Both the position numbers and the translations under genes were made by a program. The notes under the pieces were generated by a model. That model was not told the DNA's origin, did not search any database, and saw nothing but the letters and a program-made list of their open reading frames with translations. This document shows, one piece after another, positions 17,618 to 26,195 of a DNA stretch of 36,464 bases. The stretch is from a bacterium (GTDB lineage Bacteria > SZUA-182 > DTGQ01): positions 1-36,464 of the forward strand of contig JBFMGO010000053.1 in assembly GCA_040752695.1 (NCBI GenBank), written 5' to 3'. Numbering within the stretch: position 1 is the stretch's first letter; every line of letters begins with the position of its first letter.

Positions 17618-19624
17618 ATGAATAAGAACAGGGCAAAATTCTACCTCTCCCGGTTAAAGAGCTCTTCCGTGCCTGAGCTCATCTACCGGGTAAGACAGGT
17701 TATCCTAGCCTGCCATTGGGAAGTTCTTCTGAAAAAAGCCAAAAGCCTCATCCAGGTTCCCTTCATCAGCCCTGAAGACATCATGAATCTTCAGTGCCCA
17801 TCCTTCCGGCAGCAGATGGACGAAGCACATTTTGGGGAGATCCTGGGAGGGAAAACCTTCTCTCTGCATGAAGATAAAACTCTCGTGCAGGAGTATGAAC
17901 AAAAATTCAGGTCTCTCTTTCTTCCCAGAACCAGCCGGCACGGTTCTGCCTCTGATCCTGCCCCGGATATCAGGGCGGTCTGGGAGCCAGCCAGGCTGCA
18001 ACATATCACCCTTCTGATAGCCTCTCTTCTTCATGAATCGAAACCATTATCGAAGCCATTATCGAAGCCATCATCGAAGCCGCCGTCAAAGTCACCATCG
18101 GAACCATCATCGGTGCCACCGTCGGAACCATCACCGGATTCTGACGAGGGTGCAGTCAGGCGCTTTACCAAAAGCGCTCTTTTGGAATGGATCAAGGCAA
18201 ACCCTTTTCCTTTGGGACTTCATTATCTCTCGGCCATGGAATGCGGCCTTCGGGTACCGGTCTTTTTCTACTGCCTGAAGTTCCTCGATGACCTGTCGGA
18301 CGATGAATACCGGCTCATCACGGAAGCGATCTACCTGCACGCTTTTTGGATATCGAAGCGGCTTTCGCTCTACTCCTCGCTCGGAAACCACACTATTGCA
18401 GAGTGTCTGGGGCTGGTTTTTGCCGGGGTAATCTTCGGGAAGACCAAAGAAGGAAACCAATGGCTGGAGACAGGCTTCCATTTACTCAATAAGGAATCAA
18501 AGCACCAGATCCTGAACGATGGAGGCCCGGCGGAGCAGTCATTCAGTTATCACCGGTTTGTCCTTGATCTTTACTGGCTTGCGGTTGACTTCCTTATGAA
18601 AAATACTGCCTGCGATTGCAGTCAGATGAAAGAAAGGCTTGCGCTGGGGGAGGACTTTTTAGCGGCATTCACTGCCTGCTGTGACCGTGTTCCATCTCCG
18701 GGCAGTATTCCATCCTCCGGCAGTATTCCATCCATTGGGGACAGTGACGATGGCTTTGCCCTTGCCCCAGGGGTATTTCCGGCGCGTTCCGGGACGACGG
18801 GAAAATCACAGCGCTGGTATGAAACCTTCCCCGACTCGGGATATACGATCGTAAGAACAAGGGGGAAGGCTCTTTTCACCTTTGATCATGGTCCCTTAGG
18901 GATGTCTCCTCTCTTCAATCACGGGCATGCTGATGCCCTGTCCATAACACTGTCAAAAGAAGGACAAAAGATTCTGGCAGACCCCGGCACCTGTCAATAT
19001 AACGGGCCGCGGGAATTGCGGCGATATTTCAAAGGGACCAGGGCACACAGTACGGTAACCGTTGACGGTGAGGACCAGGCGGTTCAGGAAACGAGTTTTA
19101 TATGGAGTAAACCCTATGAGGCAAGGCTTTCGGAATGCGCGGAACTCAAAAAAGGGGGCCTTTTGCTCAGGGCCTCTCACACCGGCTATGCGCGGCTGAA
19201 AGAGCCCGTTATGCACCATCGGGCTGTTCTTTTTTTCGATCAGGACAATTTTATCATCAAGGATACCTTCCAGGGCAAAGGCAGGCATACCTTTGAACTG
19301 AACTATCACCTTCACCCCCAGGCAGTGGCAAAAAAAGAAGATGATGGCTGGTGGCACATAGGCACGGCAAGTCAGAGTGTTTTTATCAAGCTTATGGGAG
19401 ATGGGAGAAACACCGGGGATAGCGAGGATAATTTTCTTTTTGTGTACGGCCAGGAGAATCCGCTCCTTGGCTGGTATTCTCCCTGCTATGGGATCAGGGA
19501 AAAAAGCGGCGTTCTGCACTGTTCCAAAAAGGGCTTTCCTGATGAAATTACCTTCATGACCGCGATAGGCACTCAATCGCCGGTTAAGGAAAGCACACTG
19601 AAAGGGGTGATTTCGCAAACGTGA
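17618..19624 (+). CDS. Heparinase II/III-like protein
   Basis: DIRAVWEPARLQH, WIKANP, GNHTIAE, QILNDGGPAEQSFSYH, GDSDDG, FPDSGY, HGHADALS, DPGTCQY, T.AHSTVTVDG. Confidence 0.9.
   Translation: MNKNRAKFYLSRLKSSSVPELIYRVRQVILACHWEVLLKKAKSLIQVPFISPEDIMNLQCPSFRQQMDEAHFGEILGGKTFSLHEDKTLVQEYEQKFRSLFLPRTSRHGSASDPAPDIRAVWEPARLQHITLLIASLLHESKPLSKPLSKPSSKPPSKSPSEPSSVPPSEPSPDSDEGAVRRFTKSALLEWIKANPFPLGLHYLSAMECGLRVPVFFYCLKFLDDLSDDEYRLITEAIYLHAFWISKRLSLYSSLGNHTIAECLGLVFAGVIFGKTKEGNQWLETGFHLLNKESKHQILNDGGPAEQSFSYHRFVLDLYWLAVDFLMKNTACDCSQMKERLALGEDFLAAFTACCDRVPSPGSIPSSGSIPSIGDSDDGFALAPGVFPARSGTTGKSQRWYETFPDSGYTIVRTRGKALFTFDHGPLGMSPLFNHGHADALSITLSKEGQKILADPGTCQYNGPRELRRYFKGTRAHSTVTVDGEDQAVQETSFIWSKPYEARLSECAELKKGGLLLRASHTGYARLKEPVMHHRAVLFFDQDNFIIKDTFQGKGRHTFELNYHLHPQAVAKKEDDGWWHIGTASQSVFIKLMGDGRNTGDSEDNFLFVYGQENPLLGWYSPCYGIREKSGVLHCSKKGFPDEITFMTAIGTQSPVKESTLKGVISQT
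18038..18133 (+). repeat. In-frame degenerate 12-bp tandem repeat x8 (SKPL SKPL SKPS SKPP SKSP SEPS SVPP SEPS)
   Basis: Units tcgaaaccatta, tcgaagccatta, tcgaagccatca, tcgaagccgccg, tcaaagtcacca, tcggaaccatca, tcggtgccaccg, tcggaaccatca. Confidence 0.9.
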
Positions 19625-20493
19625 TCGACAGACTTGAAATACCCGAAAAACTGGAAACTCCCGACAGCCTCGAAATTGCCGACAGGCTTCAAGTACCTGA
19701 CAGCCTTAAAATACCTGACAGGCTGGAAATACTCAACATCTGGGTGGACCCCGTTGATATGGAACAGGCCCTGAGCCAGGTCAGGCAGTTTGTGGAAAAA
19801 GGTACGCGGCCCCATTGCATATTTGCGGTCAATCCGGAAAAAGAATTCTCCATTCCCAAGGACCCTGTTCTTTATGAGATTTTCAAAAAGGCTGATCTTT
19901 TAATCCCTGATGGCATCGGAGTAGTCTACGCTGCCCGCATCCTTCACGGCGCGCGGTTGTCCAGGGTTCCCGGTGTAGACCTTATGGCGAAAATATGCGA
20001 GCTGGCGGCACAAGAGGGGTACCGGATATTTATCTACGGCGCCAGGGAAGAAGTCAACGCGGCTGCCTGTGCTGCCCTGATAGAACGCTATCCCGGATTG
20101 AAAATAGCAGGCAGGTCGGACGGCTTTGTCAAAGATGAGGACATGCCCGACCTGGTAGCCAAGATCAACGATTCAAAGGCGCAGATCCTTTTCCTGGCAC
20201 TTGGCTCTCCAAAACAGGAAAAGTGGTTTTCCGCCTGGAAGGACAGCCTGAAAAGTGTCAGAGTCGTCCAGGGGATAGGGGGGACCCTGGATACCATTGC
20301 AGGCACGGTAAAGCGGGCACCGGAGTTCTGGCAGAAATGCTCCGCGGAATGGCTTTACCGTTTGCTGAAAGAGCCATCGAGGATCAGAAGGCAAAATGTT
20401 CTGCCCATTTTTGCCTCAACGATTATCTTTGCCAAGCTCATAAAAGCGCAGGTACAAACGGTTCTCGATCTCACGCAGGGCCGCAGGGAATAA
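19621..20493 (+). CDS. WecB/TagA/CpsF family glycosyltransferase (GT26, WecG-like)
   Basis: AVNPEK, ADLLIPDGIGVV, RVPGVDLM, LALGSPKQEKW, GIGGTLD, KRAP, EWLYRL..EP.R. GTG start overlaps the upstream TGA. Confidence 0.93.
   Translation: MIDRLEIPEKLETPDSLEIADRLQVPDSLKIPDRLEILNIWVDPVDMEQALSQVRQFVEKGTRPHCIFAVNPEKEFSIPKDPVLYEIFKKADLLIPDGIGVVYAARILHGARLSRVPGVDLMAKICELAAQEGYRIFIYGAREEVNAAACAALIERYPGLKIAGRSDGFVKDEDMPDLVAKINDSKAQILFLALGSPKQEKWFSAWKDSLKSVRVVQGIGGTLDTIAGTVKRAPEFWQKCSAEWLYRLLKEPSRIRRQNVLPIFASTIIFAKLIKAQVQTVLDLTQGRRE
19627..19734 (+). repeat. In-frame degenerate 18-bp tandem repeat x6 (DRLEIP EKLETP DSLEIA DRLQVP DSLKIP DRLEIL)
   Basis: Read directly from the codons at the gene's 5' end. 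Confidence 0.9.
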
Positions 20494-20557
20494 CACACTC
20501 ACAAACAAGGTCACAACTCACTCATAACTCACTCACGACACACTCACAACTCATGGA
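20491..20557. repeat. Intergenic degenerate 11-bp tandem repeat x6 (consensus YAACTCACTCA)
   Basis: taacacactca, caaacaaggtca, caactcactca, taactcactca, cgacacactca, caactcatgga. Confidence 0.8.
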
Positions 20558-20581
20558 GAGTCGCAAGGTTCACTGATAGCT

Positions 20582-22759
20582 ATGATGAAACAGCTGACGC
20601 AAAAACTGAAATCAGGAGAAATGAGCATCCTAAACGTCCCTGTCCCGACGCTCAGCGCCGGACAGGTTCTGGTAAAAAATTATTACTCTCTCATCAGCGC
20701 CGGCACAGAGGCAAGCACAGTCAAGGCTGCCAGGAAATCACTGATAGGCAAGGCCAAAGAGCGGCCGCAACAGGTCAAACAGGTGATCGATACCCTGAAG
20801 ACGCAAGGGATTACGCAAACCTACCGGGCTGTCATGAAGAAACTCGATGCCCACTCTCCCCTTGGGTATTCCTGTGCAGGCCAGGTCGTTGATCTGGCCG
20901 CAGATGTGCATTCGTTCATGGTCGGTGATTTTGTTGCCTGCGGAGGATTGACCGCATCGCACAGCGAAGTGGTTTGCGTACCGTCAAACCTGTGCGTAAA
21001 GCTCAATCCCGATGCTGACTTAAGGCAGGCTGCCTACAACAGCCTGGGAGCCATCGCCATGCAGGGAGTAAGGCAGGCGGACCTCCGTCTTGGAGAGACC
21101 TGCGCAGTTATCGGCTTAGGGCTCCTCGGCCAGTTGTGCGCTCTTTTGCTTCGTGCTTCTGGTGTCCGGGTGGTGGGGGTTGATATTAATCAATCCATGG
21201 TCGAACTTGCCGCCAGGCATTGTGCAGACATTGGCCTGAACCGCTCCGATTCAGGGATCGAGGGCAAAATCCGGCAGTTTTCAAACGATATCGGCTGTGA
21301 TGGCGTCATCATTACCGCTGCTTCCGAGTCATTGGACCCTATCAATTTTGCCGGTGCCGTAGCGCGAAAAAGAGGAACTATCGTTGTTCTTGGAGCAGTG
21401 CCCACCGGATTCGACCGTGAGCCTCACTTTTACAAAAAAGAGCTCCAGGTAAAAATGTCCTGCTCTTACGGTCCGGGCCGGTATGATCCAGCCTTTGAAG
21501 AAAAGGGGATCGATTACCCTGTTAGCTACGTGCGCTGGACCGAGAAACGGAACATGCAGTCTTTTCAGGATCTGATCTACTCCAAAAGGGTTGATATCGA
21601 ATACCTCACCTCGCATGTATTCAAACTCGATGATGCGCCCAGGGCCTATGACATGCTGATCGAGCGCTCAGAACCCTTTATCGGCATCCTCATCGAATAT
21701 GAAAAACCAAAACCTGTCGACCGTTGTCTGGTAAAAGTAAAACCGTCTAAGTCAGAGACTCAGGACAAAGCGGCACCGGGGCAGGCAGTCATAGGTTTTA
21801 TCGGTGCCGGCTCCTATGCCCAGAGCTTCCTTTTGCCCAATATCCCAAAGAACAGGAAAGACATCGCCCTGCGGGGAGTAATGACCGCGACCAGCACCGG
21901 TTCCCGTTCGGTCGCAGACCGCTTCGGCTTTGAGTTTTGTACCGGAAATGATAAAGATATTCTGGAAAATGAAGAGATTAACACCATTTTTATCGCTACC
22001 CGCCATAATACCCATGCGGAACTGGTAAAAAAATCCCTGCTGGCGGGCAAACATGTCTTTGTCGAAAAACCCTTTTGTTTATCCGAACAGGAATTACATG
22101 ATATCAGCAAGATCTATAGCGGCCAGATCAACAACGGGCACCCGCACCTTTTGCTCATGGTCGGATACAACAGGCGGTTTTCTCCCCTGGCTCAAACCAT
22201 GAAAAAAAACCTGAAAAGTGGTCCCATGGCCATGATTTACCGGGTGAATGCCGGCTTTATCCCCCCGGATTCATGGATACAGGACTCCGATACCGGAGGC
22301 GGGAGAATCATCGGCGAGGTCTGCCACTTTATCGATTTTTTAACCTTTATCAACGGCTCCGCTCCTGTTTCGGTCTATGCACGGGCGATGGAAACACCCG
22401 CCAGTCTCCATGATACGGTGAATATTTCCTTGTCGTTTCAAAATGGATCCATCGGAAGTATCTCCTACTTCAGCAATGGTGACAAGGGATTGCCCAAGGA
22501 GCAGGTCGAAATTTACGCCCATGGAAGTACGGCTGTTTTACACGATTTTAAAGGTCTTACCCTCTACACCCGCGGTAAAAAAACAGACAAGAAGCTCGCC
22601 ATTCAGAACAAGGGACAAAAAGAGCAGGTCAGTCTGTTCCTCGAAGCCGTGCTCAAAGGTTCAGGCACGGTTATCCCTTTTGAAGACATCTACCGGACAT
22701 CTTTGGCTACCTTCAAAGTTGAGGAGTCGATTCGCACTGGTCAGTGCGTGAGATTTTAG
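20582..22759 (+). CDS. Bi-domain oxidoreductase (MDR/Zn-dehydrogenase-like + Gfo/Idh/MocA)
   Basis: SLISAGTE, PLGYSCAG, VIGLGLLGQ, SCSYGPGRYD, RWTEKRN; then GFIGAGSYA, IATRHNTH, HVFVEKP, VGYNRRFSP, GGRIIGEVCHFID. Confidence 0.93.
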   Translation: MMKQLTQKLKSGEMSILNVPVPTLSAGQVLVKNYYSLISAGTEASTVKAARKSLIGKAKERPQQVKQVIDTLKTQGITQTYRAVMKKLDAHSPLGYSCAGQVVDLAADVHSFMVGDFVACGGLTASHSEVVCVPSNLCVKLNPDADLRQAAYNSLGAIAMQGVRQADLRLGETCAVIGLGLLGQLCALLLRASGVRVVGVDINQSMVELAARHCADIGLNRSDSGIEGKIRQFSNDIGCDGVIITAASESLDPINFAGAVARKRGTIVVLGAVPTGFDREPHFYKKELQVKMSCSYGPGRYDPAFEEKGIDYPVSYVRWTEKRNMQSFQDLIYSKRVDIEYLTSHVFKLDDAPRAYDMLIERSEPFIGILIEYEKPKPVDRCLVKVKPSKSETQDKAAPGQAVIGFIGAGSYAQSFLLPNIPKNRKDIALRGVMTATSTGSRSVADRFGFEFCTGNDKDILENEEINTIFIATRHNTHAELVKKSLLAGKHVFVEKPFCLSEQELHDISKIYSGQINNGHPHLLLMVGYNRRFSPLAQTMKKNLKSGPMAMIYRVNAGFIPPDSWIQDSDTGGGRIIGEVCHFIDFLTFINGSAPVSVYARAMETPASLHDTVNISLSFQNGSIGSISYFSNGDKGLPKEQVEIYAHGSTAVLHDFKGLTLYTRGKKTDKKLAIQNKGQKEQVSLFLEAVLKGSGTVIPFEDIYRTSLATFKVEESIRTGQCVRF

Positions 22760-22795
22760 TTCCGTAACCTTCATAACGCTTATAAGGAGCAAACA

Positions 22796-24451
22796 GTGGA
22801 CAAGCACTACTCAATCAGCCCTGAGGGAGAAAAGTTCGTTATCCCCCAGGAAGAAGATTACCGGCTGGAATTTGAAAAAATCGAAAAGCTGGCCCGGACA
22901 CAGAAAATCATGGGGCGGGAGATTGTGGCTGTAGTCGGACTCGGGTTTGTAGGTGCGGTCATGGCTGCTGTCGTGGCAGATACCACTGACGGAACCGGCA
23001 ACCCCAGCAAGTTTGTCATCGGCATGCAGCGGCCAAGTACCAGGAGTTTCTGGAAAATTCCCTTATTGAACCGCGGCATTGCGCCGGTCAAGGCGGAGGA
23101 TCCCGAAGTCGACCCCATGATCAGGCGGTGCGTTCTTGAGAAAAAAAGCCTTATTGCCACCTACACCTATGAGGTGCTGAAGCTGGCCGATGTAGTAGTG
23201 GTGGATGTGCAGTGCGATTATCTTAAAAACTCCCTGGGCAATGTTCACGATGGACGAACAGCCATGGAGGCACTGGAGAAATCTTTAGAGAGCATTGCCG
23301 AGCATATCGGGCCTGACACTCTGGTGCTTATCGAAACAACCGTGGCCCCGGGCACCACCGAGCAGGTAGCGTATCCGATCATGAAAAAGGTCTTTCAGCA
23401 AAGGGGCATCCAATCCGATCCACTTCTGGCGCACAGTTATGAAAGGGTCATGCCGGGAAGAGAATATGTGGCCAGTATTCGTGACTTCTGGCGCGTATGC
23501 AGCGGCATTAATGCAGAGGCCAAAAGGCGGGTGGTAAAATTCCTGAACGAGGTACTGAATACCGAAAAGTATCCTCTCACCGTCCTTGACCGTCCCATAG
23601 AATCCGAAACCGCCAAAATCGTTGAAAACAGCTTCAGAGCCACCATGCTGGCCTTCATGGATGAGTGGAGCCTCTTTGCCGAGCGCAACGGAGTGGATCT
23701 GATTAAAGTTATTGAAGCGATCAAGGTCAGGCCCACCCACGACAATATCATGTTCCCCGGCCCCGGCGTTGGCGGGTACTGCCTTCCCAAGGACGGCGCT
23801 CTTGGCATGTGGGCCTACAAGCATATCTTCGGCTGGGAGGATGATATCTTCACGATCACGCCGGCAGCCATTAACATTAACGACACAAGGTCCCTGCACG
23901 TAGCCCAGCTCCTCAGGGACGCGTTGCGGAATATGGACCGCCCCATTGCCGCTGCCGAAGTTCTTTTGCTTGGAGCCGCTTACCGCGAGGATGTGGGAGA
24001 TACCCGCTACAGCGGATCGGAGCTTTTGGTCCGGAGATTGGCCGAAATGGGCGCTGAAATGCGGGTCCATGACCCCTATGTTCAACACTGGTGGGAATTT
24101 GAGCAGCAGGACACCTATCCGAGTCCGGGCCACAGCCTGGCCCGGTTCTTCAGAAACCAGGAAAAACTGGCTTCCCTGCGGATTACCTCAAAGCTGGAAG
24201 ATGCACTCCGAGGCGCAGATGCAGTCATTTTTGCTGTCCGGCATCAGCCCTACCTGAAGTTACAGCCCGAGGATGTGGTCCGCATGGCTGGACGCCCCCT
24301 GGCCATAATCGATTGCTTCGGGATCTTGAATGATGAAAAAATAGGCAGGTACTTCGAACTGGGATGCGAAGTAAAGGGCCTTGGCCGCGGACATGTGAGC
24401 CGCTTGAAACGAATGGTCAAAGAAAAAAAGGCCCGGGAATTAGTACGTTAA
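22796..24451 (+). CDS. Nucleotide-sugar 6-dehydrogenase (UDP-glucose/GDP-mannose dehydrogenase family)
   Basis: VVGLGFVG, ETTVAPGTT, ERVMPG, AKIVENSFR, catalytic GGYCLPKD, AYREDVGDTRYS. AAGGAG precedes the GTG start. Confidence 0.92.
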   Translation: MDKHYSISPEGEKFVIPQEEDYRLEFEKIEKLARTQKIMGREIVAVVGLGFVGAVMAAVVADTTDGTGNPSKFVIGMQRPSTRSFWKIPLLNRGIAPVKAEDPEVDPMIRRCVLEKKSLIATYTYEVLKLADVVVVDVQCDYLKNSLGNVHDGRTAMEALEKSLESIAEHIGPDTLVLIETTVAPGTTEQVAYPIMKKVFQQRGIQSDPLLAHSYERVMPGREYVASIRDFWRVCSGINAEAKRRVVKFLNEVLNTEKYPLTVLDRPIESETAKIVENSFRATMLAFMDEWSLFAERNGVDLIKVIEAIKVRPTHDNIMFPGPGVGGYCLPKDGALGMWAYKHIFGWEDDIFTITPAAININDTRSLHVAQLLRDALRNMDRPIAAAEVLLLGAAYREDVGDTRYSGSELLVRRLAEMGAEMRVHDPYVQHWWEFEQQDTYPSPGHSLARFFRNQEKLASLRITSKLEDALRGADAVIFAVRHQPYLKLQPEDVVRMAGRPLAIIDCFGILNDEKIGRYFELGCEVKGLGRGHVSRLKRMVKEKKARELVR

Positions 24452-24519
24452 GGAACAGGGAATTTTTAGACAATCTTGATACGGACACCTGACCACCTGC
24501 ACTCTCCCTGAGACAAGGC

Positions 24520-24556
24520 GAGGGGGGGAGCAGAAGGTTCCTTCTGCTCCCCCCTC
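24520..24556. other. Strong GC-rich hairpin without U-tract, upstream of the exosortase gene
   Basis: GGGGGGAGCAGAAGG (24523-24537) TT CCTTCTGCTCCCCCC (24540-24554), a perfect 15-bp inverted repeat. Confidence 0.8.
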
Positions 24557-24568
24557 CCATGTGCAAAT

Positions 24569-26167
24569 GTGAAGAAAATGAAAAATAATGCCACACTCAA
24601 AGCAACACTCTCCTCTGCAGGTATGATCAAGGCTGCCCTCAGCGGGCTCCTGGTCCTGGGGATTTACTATTCGACACTCACCTGGCTGGTTACGTTCGAC
24701 TGGGAAAAACCCGACTTTACTTATTGTTACATAGTTCCTTTACTCATTTTCTACCTTATCTGGGAGAAAAGGGTCAAGCTGGCCCGCCTGCCTTCGGTAC
24801 CCTCATGGAAAGGTCTGATTCCCCTGATTGCCGGCCTCACTCTTTTTTGGCTTGGCGAGTTAGGAGGAGAATATTTTACTCTCTATATATCATTGTGGCT
24901 GGTATCAATCGGGCTTTGCTGGACCTACCTCGGCTGGAAGAAAATAAAAGTCATGGCTTTTGCCCTCTTCCTCGCCTTGAGCATGTTTCCCCTGCCGGAT
25001 TTTCTCTACGGCAAGATCTCGGTTAAGTTAAAACTCATATCCTCTCAGCTTGGAGTGGCCATGATCCGGCTGTTTGGCATACCTGCTTTCAGAGATGGAA
25101 ATGTCATCGATCTTGGCTCTATTCAGCTTCAGGTCGTAGATGCCTGCAGCGGCCTTCGATACCTTATTCCACTTATCATGCTGGGCTTTCTCCTGGCTTA
25201 CTTCTATAAGGATTCCCTCTGGAAACGGGCGATGGTGGTCTTTTCTACCGTGCCTTTGGCTATTGTGGTGAATGGTATTCGGATAGGCATGACAGGCATA
25301 CTCTGTGAAACCTGGAATCCCAAGCTGGCCGAAGGGTTTTTCCATGACTTTTCCGGATGGTTTATCTTCATGCTTTCCCTTGGCATACTCCTGATCGAGA
25401 TAAAGATCCTGGCCAGGATCAAGCCCGAAAGAAAGACGCAGGAACTCTTCGAGCCACCTTCCACCCCATCCGGTGAACTCACGAGGCCGCAAGAAGATCA
25501 TTCTTCTTATGTACAGCCTCTCTTTATCGTGAGCCTGATCCTTTTAGGAGCTACCCTGGTTGCATCTCAAGGCATTAATTTTCGTGAAAAAATCCCTGTC
25601 ACAAAACCTCTTGCTCAATTCCCTCTTCAGGTTGGGGAATGGACCGGAGTTCATCAAACAATGGATCAGGACGCCCTCGATACCCTGGAACTCAGCGATT
25701 ATGTGGTGACGGATTATCACAACCCGGAAGGCAAAAACGTTCATTTCTATATAGCCTACTATGAGAGTCAGAGAAAAGGAGAATCAATCCATTCTCCTGA
25801 AACCTGCCTCCCTGGAAATGGCTGGATGTTCGAGGAATCAAAGCCTGTGACTGTGGCTACGCCGGGGTATTATGGCGGGTCAATAAAGGTCAACCGCTCC
25901 CTCATGCACAAGCTTGGATATCGGCAGATTTCCTATTATTGGTTTCTCCAGAGAGGCCGCATTCTTACCGATGCTTACCGGTTGAAACTCTATACCTTCT
26001 GGGATGCCTTGACCATGCACAGGACGGACGGAGCTTTAGTGAGAATAATTACCCCTCTCTATGAATCCGAGGAGGCAGGGGATGCCGATGCCAGGATGCA
26101 GCAGTTTATTCAGAATATCCTGCCCGCTATCGCAGAATATATCCCAGGGAAGGAAATTAAAAAATGA
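24569..26167 (+). CDS. xrtD: Exosortase fused to EpsI domain; most consistent with VPLPA-CTERM-specific exosortase D
   Basis: Multi-TM N-terminal half with catalytic C/R/H motifs VVDACSGLRY, NGIRIG, FFHDFSGW. EpsI-type C-terminal half with IHSPETCLPGNGW, YYWFLQRGR, RTDGALVRI. Neighbouring cargo end in VP[LI]P. The subtype call is less certain than the family call. Start is 24569 or 24578. Confidence 0.8.
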   Translation: MKKMKNNATLKATLSSAGMIKAALSGLLVLGIYYSTLTWLVTFDWEKPDFTYCYIVPLLIFYLIWEKRVKLARLPSVPSWKGLIPLIAGLTLFWLGELGGEYFTLYISLWLVSIGLCWTYLGWKKIKVMAFALFLALSMFPLPDFLYGKISVKLKLISSQLGVAMIRLFGIPAFRDGNVIDLGSIQLQVVDACSGLRYLIPLIMLGFLLAYFYKDSLWKRAMVVFSTVPLAIVVNGIRIGMTGILCETWNPKLAEGFFHDFSGWFIFMLSLGILLIEIKILARIKPERKTQELFEPPSTPSGELTRPQEDHSSYVQPLFIVSLILLGATLVASQGINFREKIPVTKPLAQFPLQVGEWTGVHQTMDQDALDTLELSDYVVTDYHNPEGKNVHFYIAYYESQRKGESIHSPETCLPGNGWMFEESKPVTVATPGYYGGSIKVNRSLMHKLGYRQISYYWFLQRGRILTDAYRLKLYTFWDALTMHRTDGALVRIITPLYESEEAGDADARMQQFIQNILPAIAEYIPGKEIKK

Positions 26168-26195
26168 CCACTCTCTTTCATGGTGTTGATGCCGT

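Noticed and set aside
20223..20576. 117-aa alternate-frame ORF running through the 11-bp array
   Set aside because: It overlaps the GT26 gene out of frame and its THSQL-like tail just reflects the repeat. The GT26 gene is complete, so no frameshift needs to be invoked.
23285..24133. 282-aa minus-strand ORF
   Set aside because: It lies wholly antisense to the well-conserved nucleotide-sugar dehydrogenase and has no recognisable motifs, so it is a shadow ORF.
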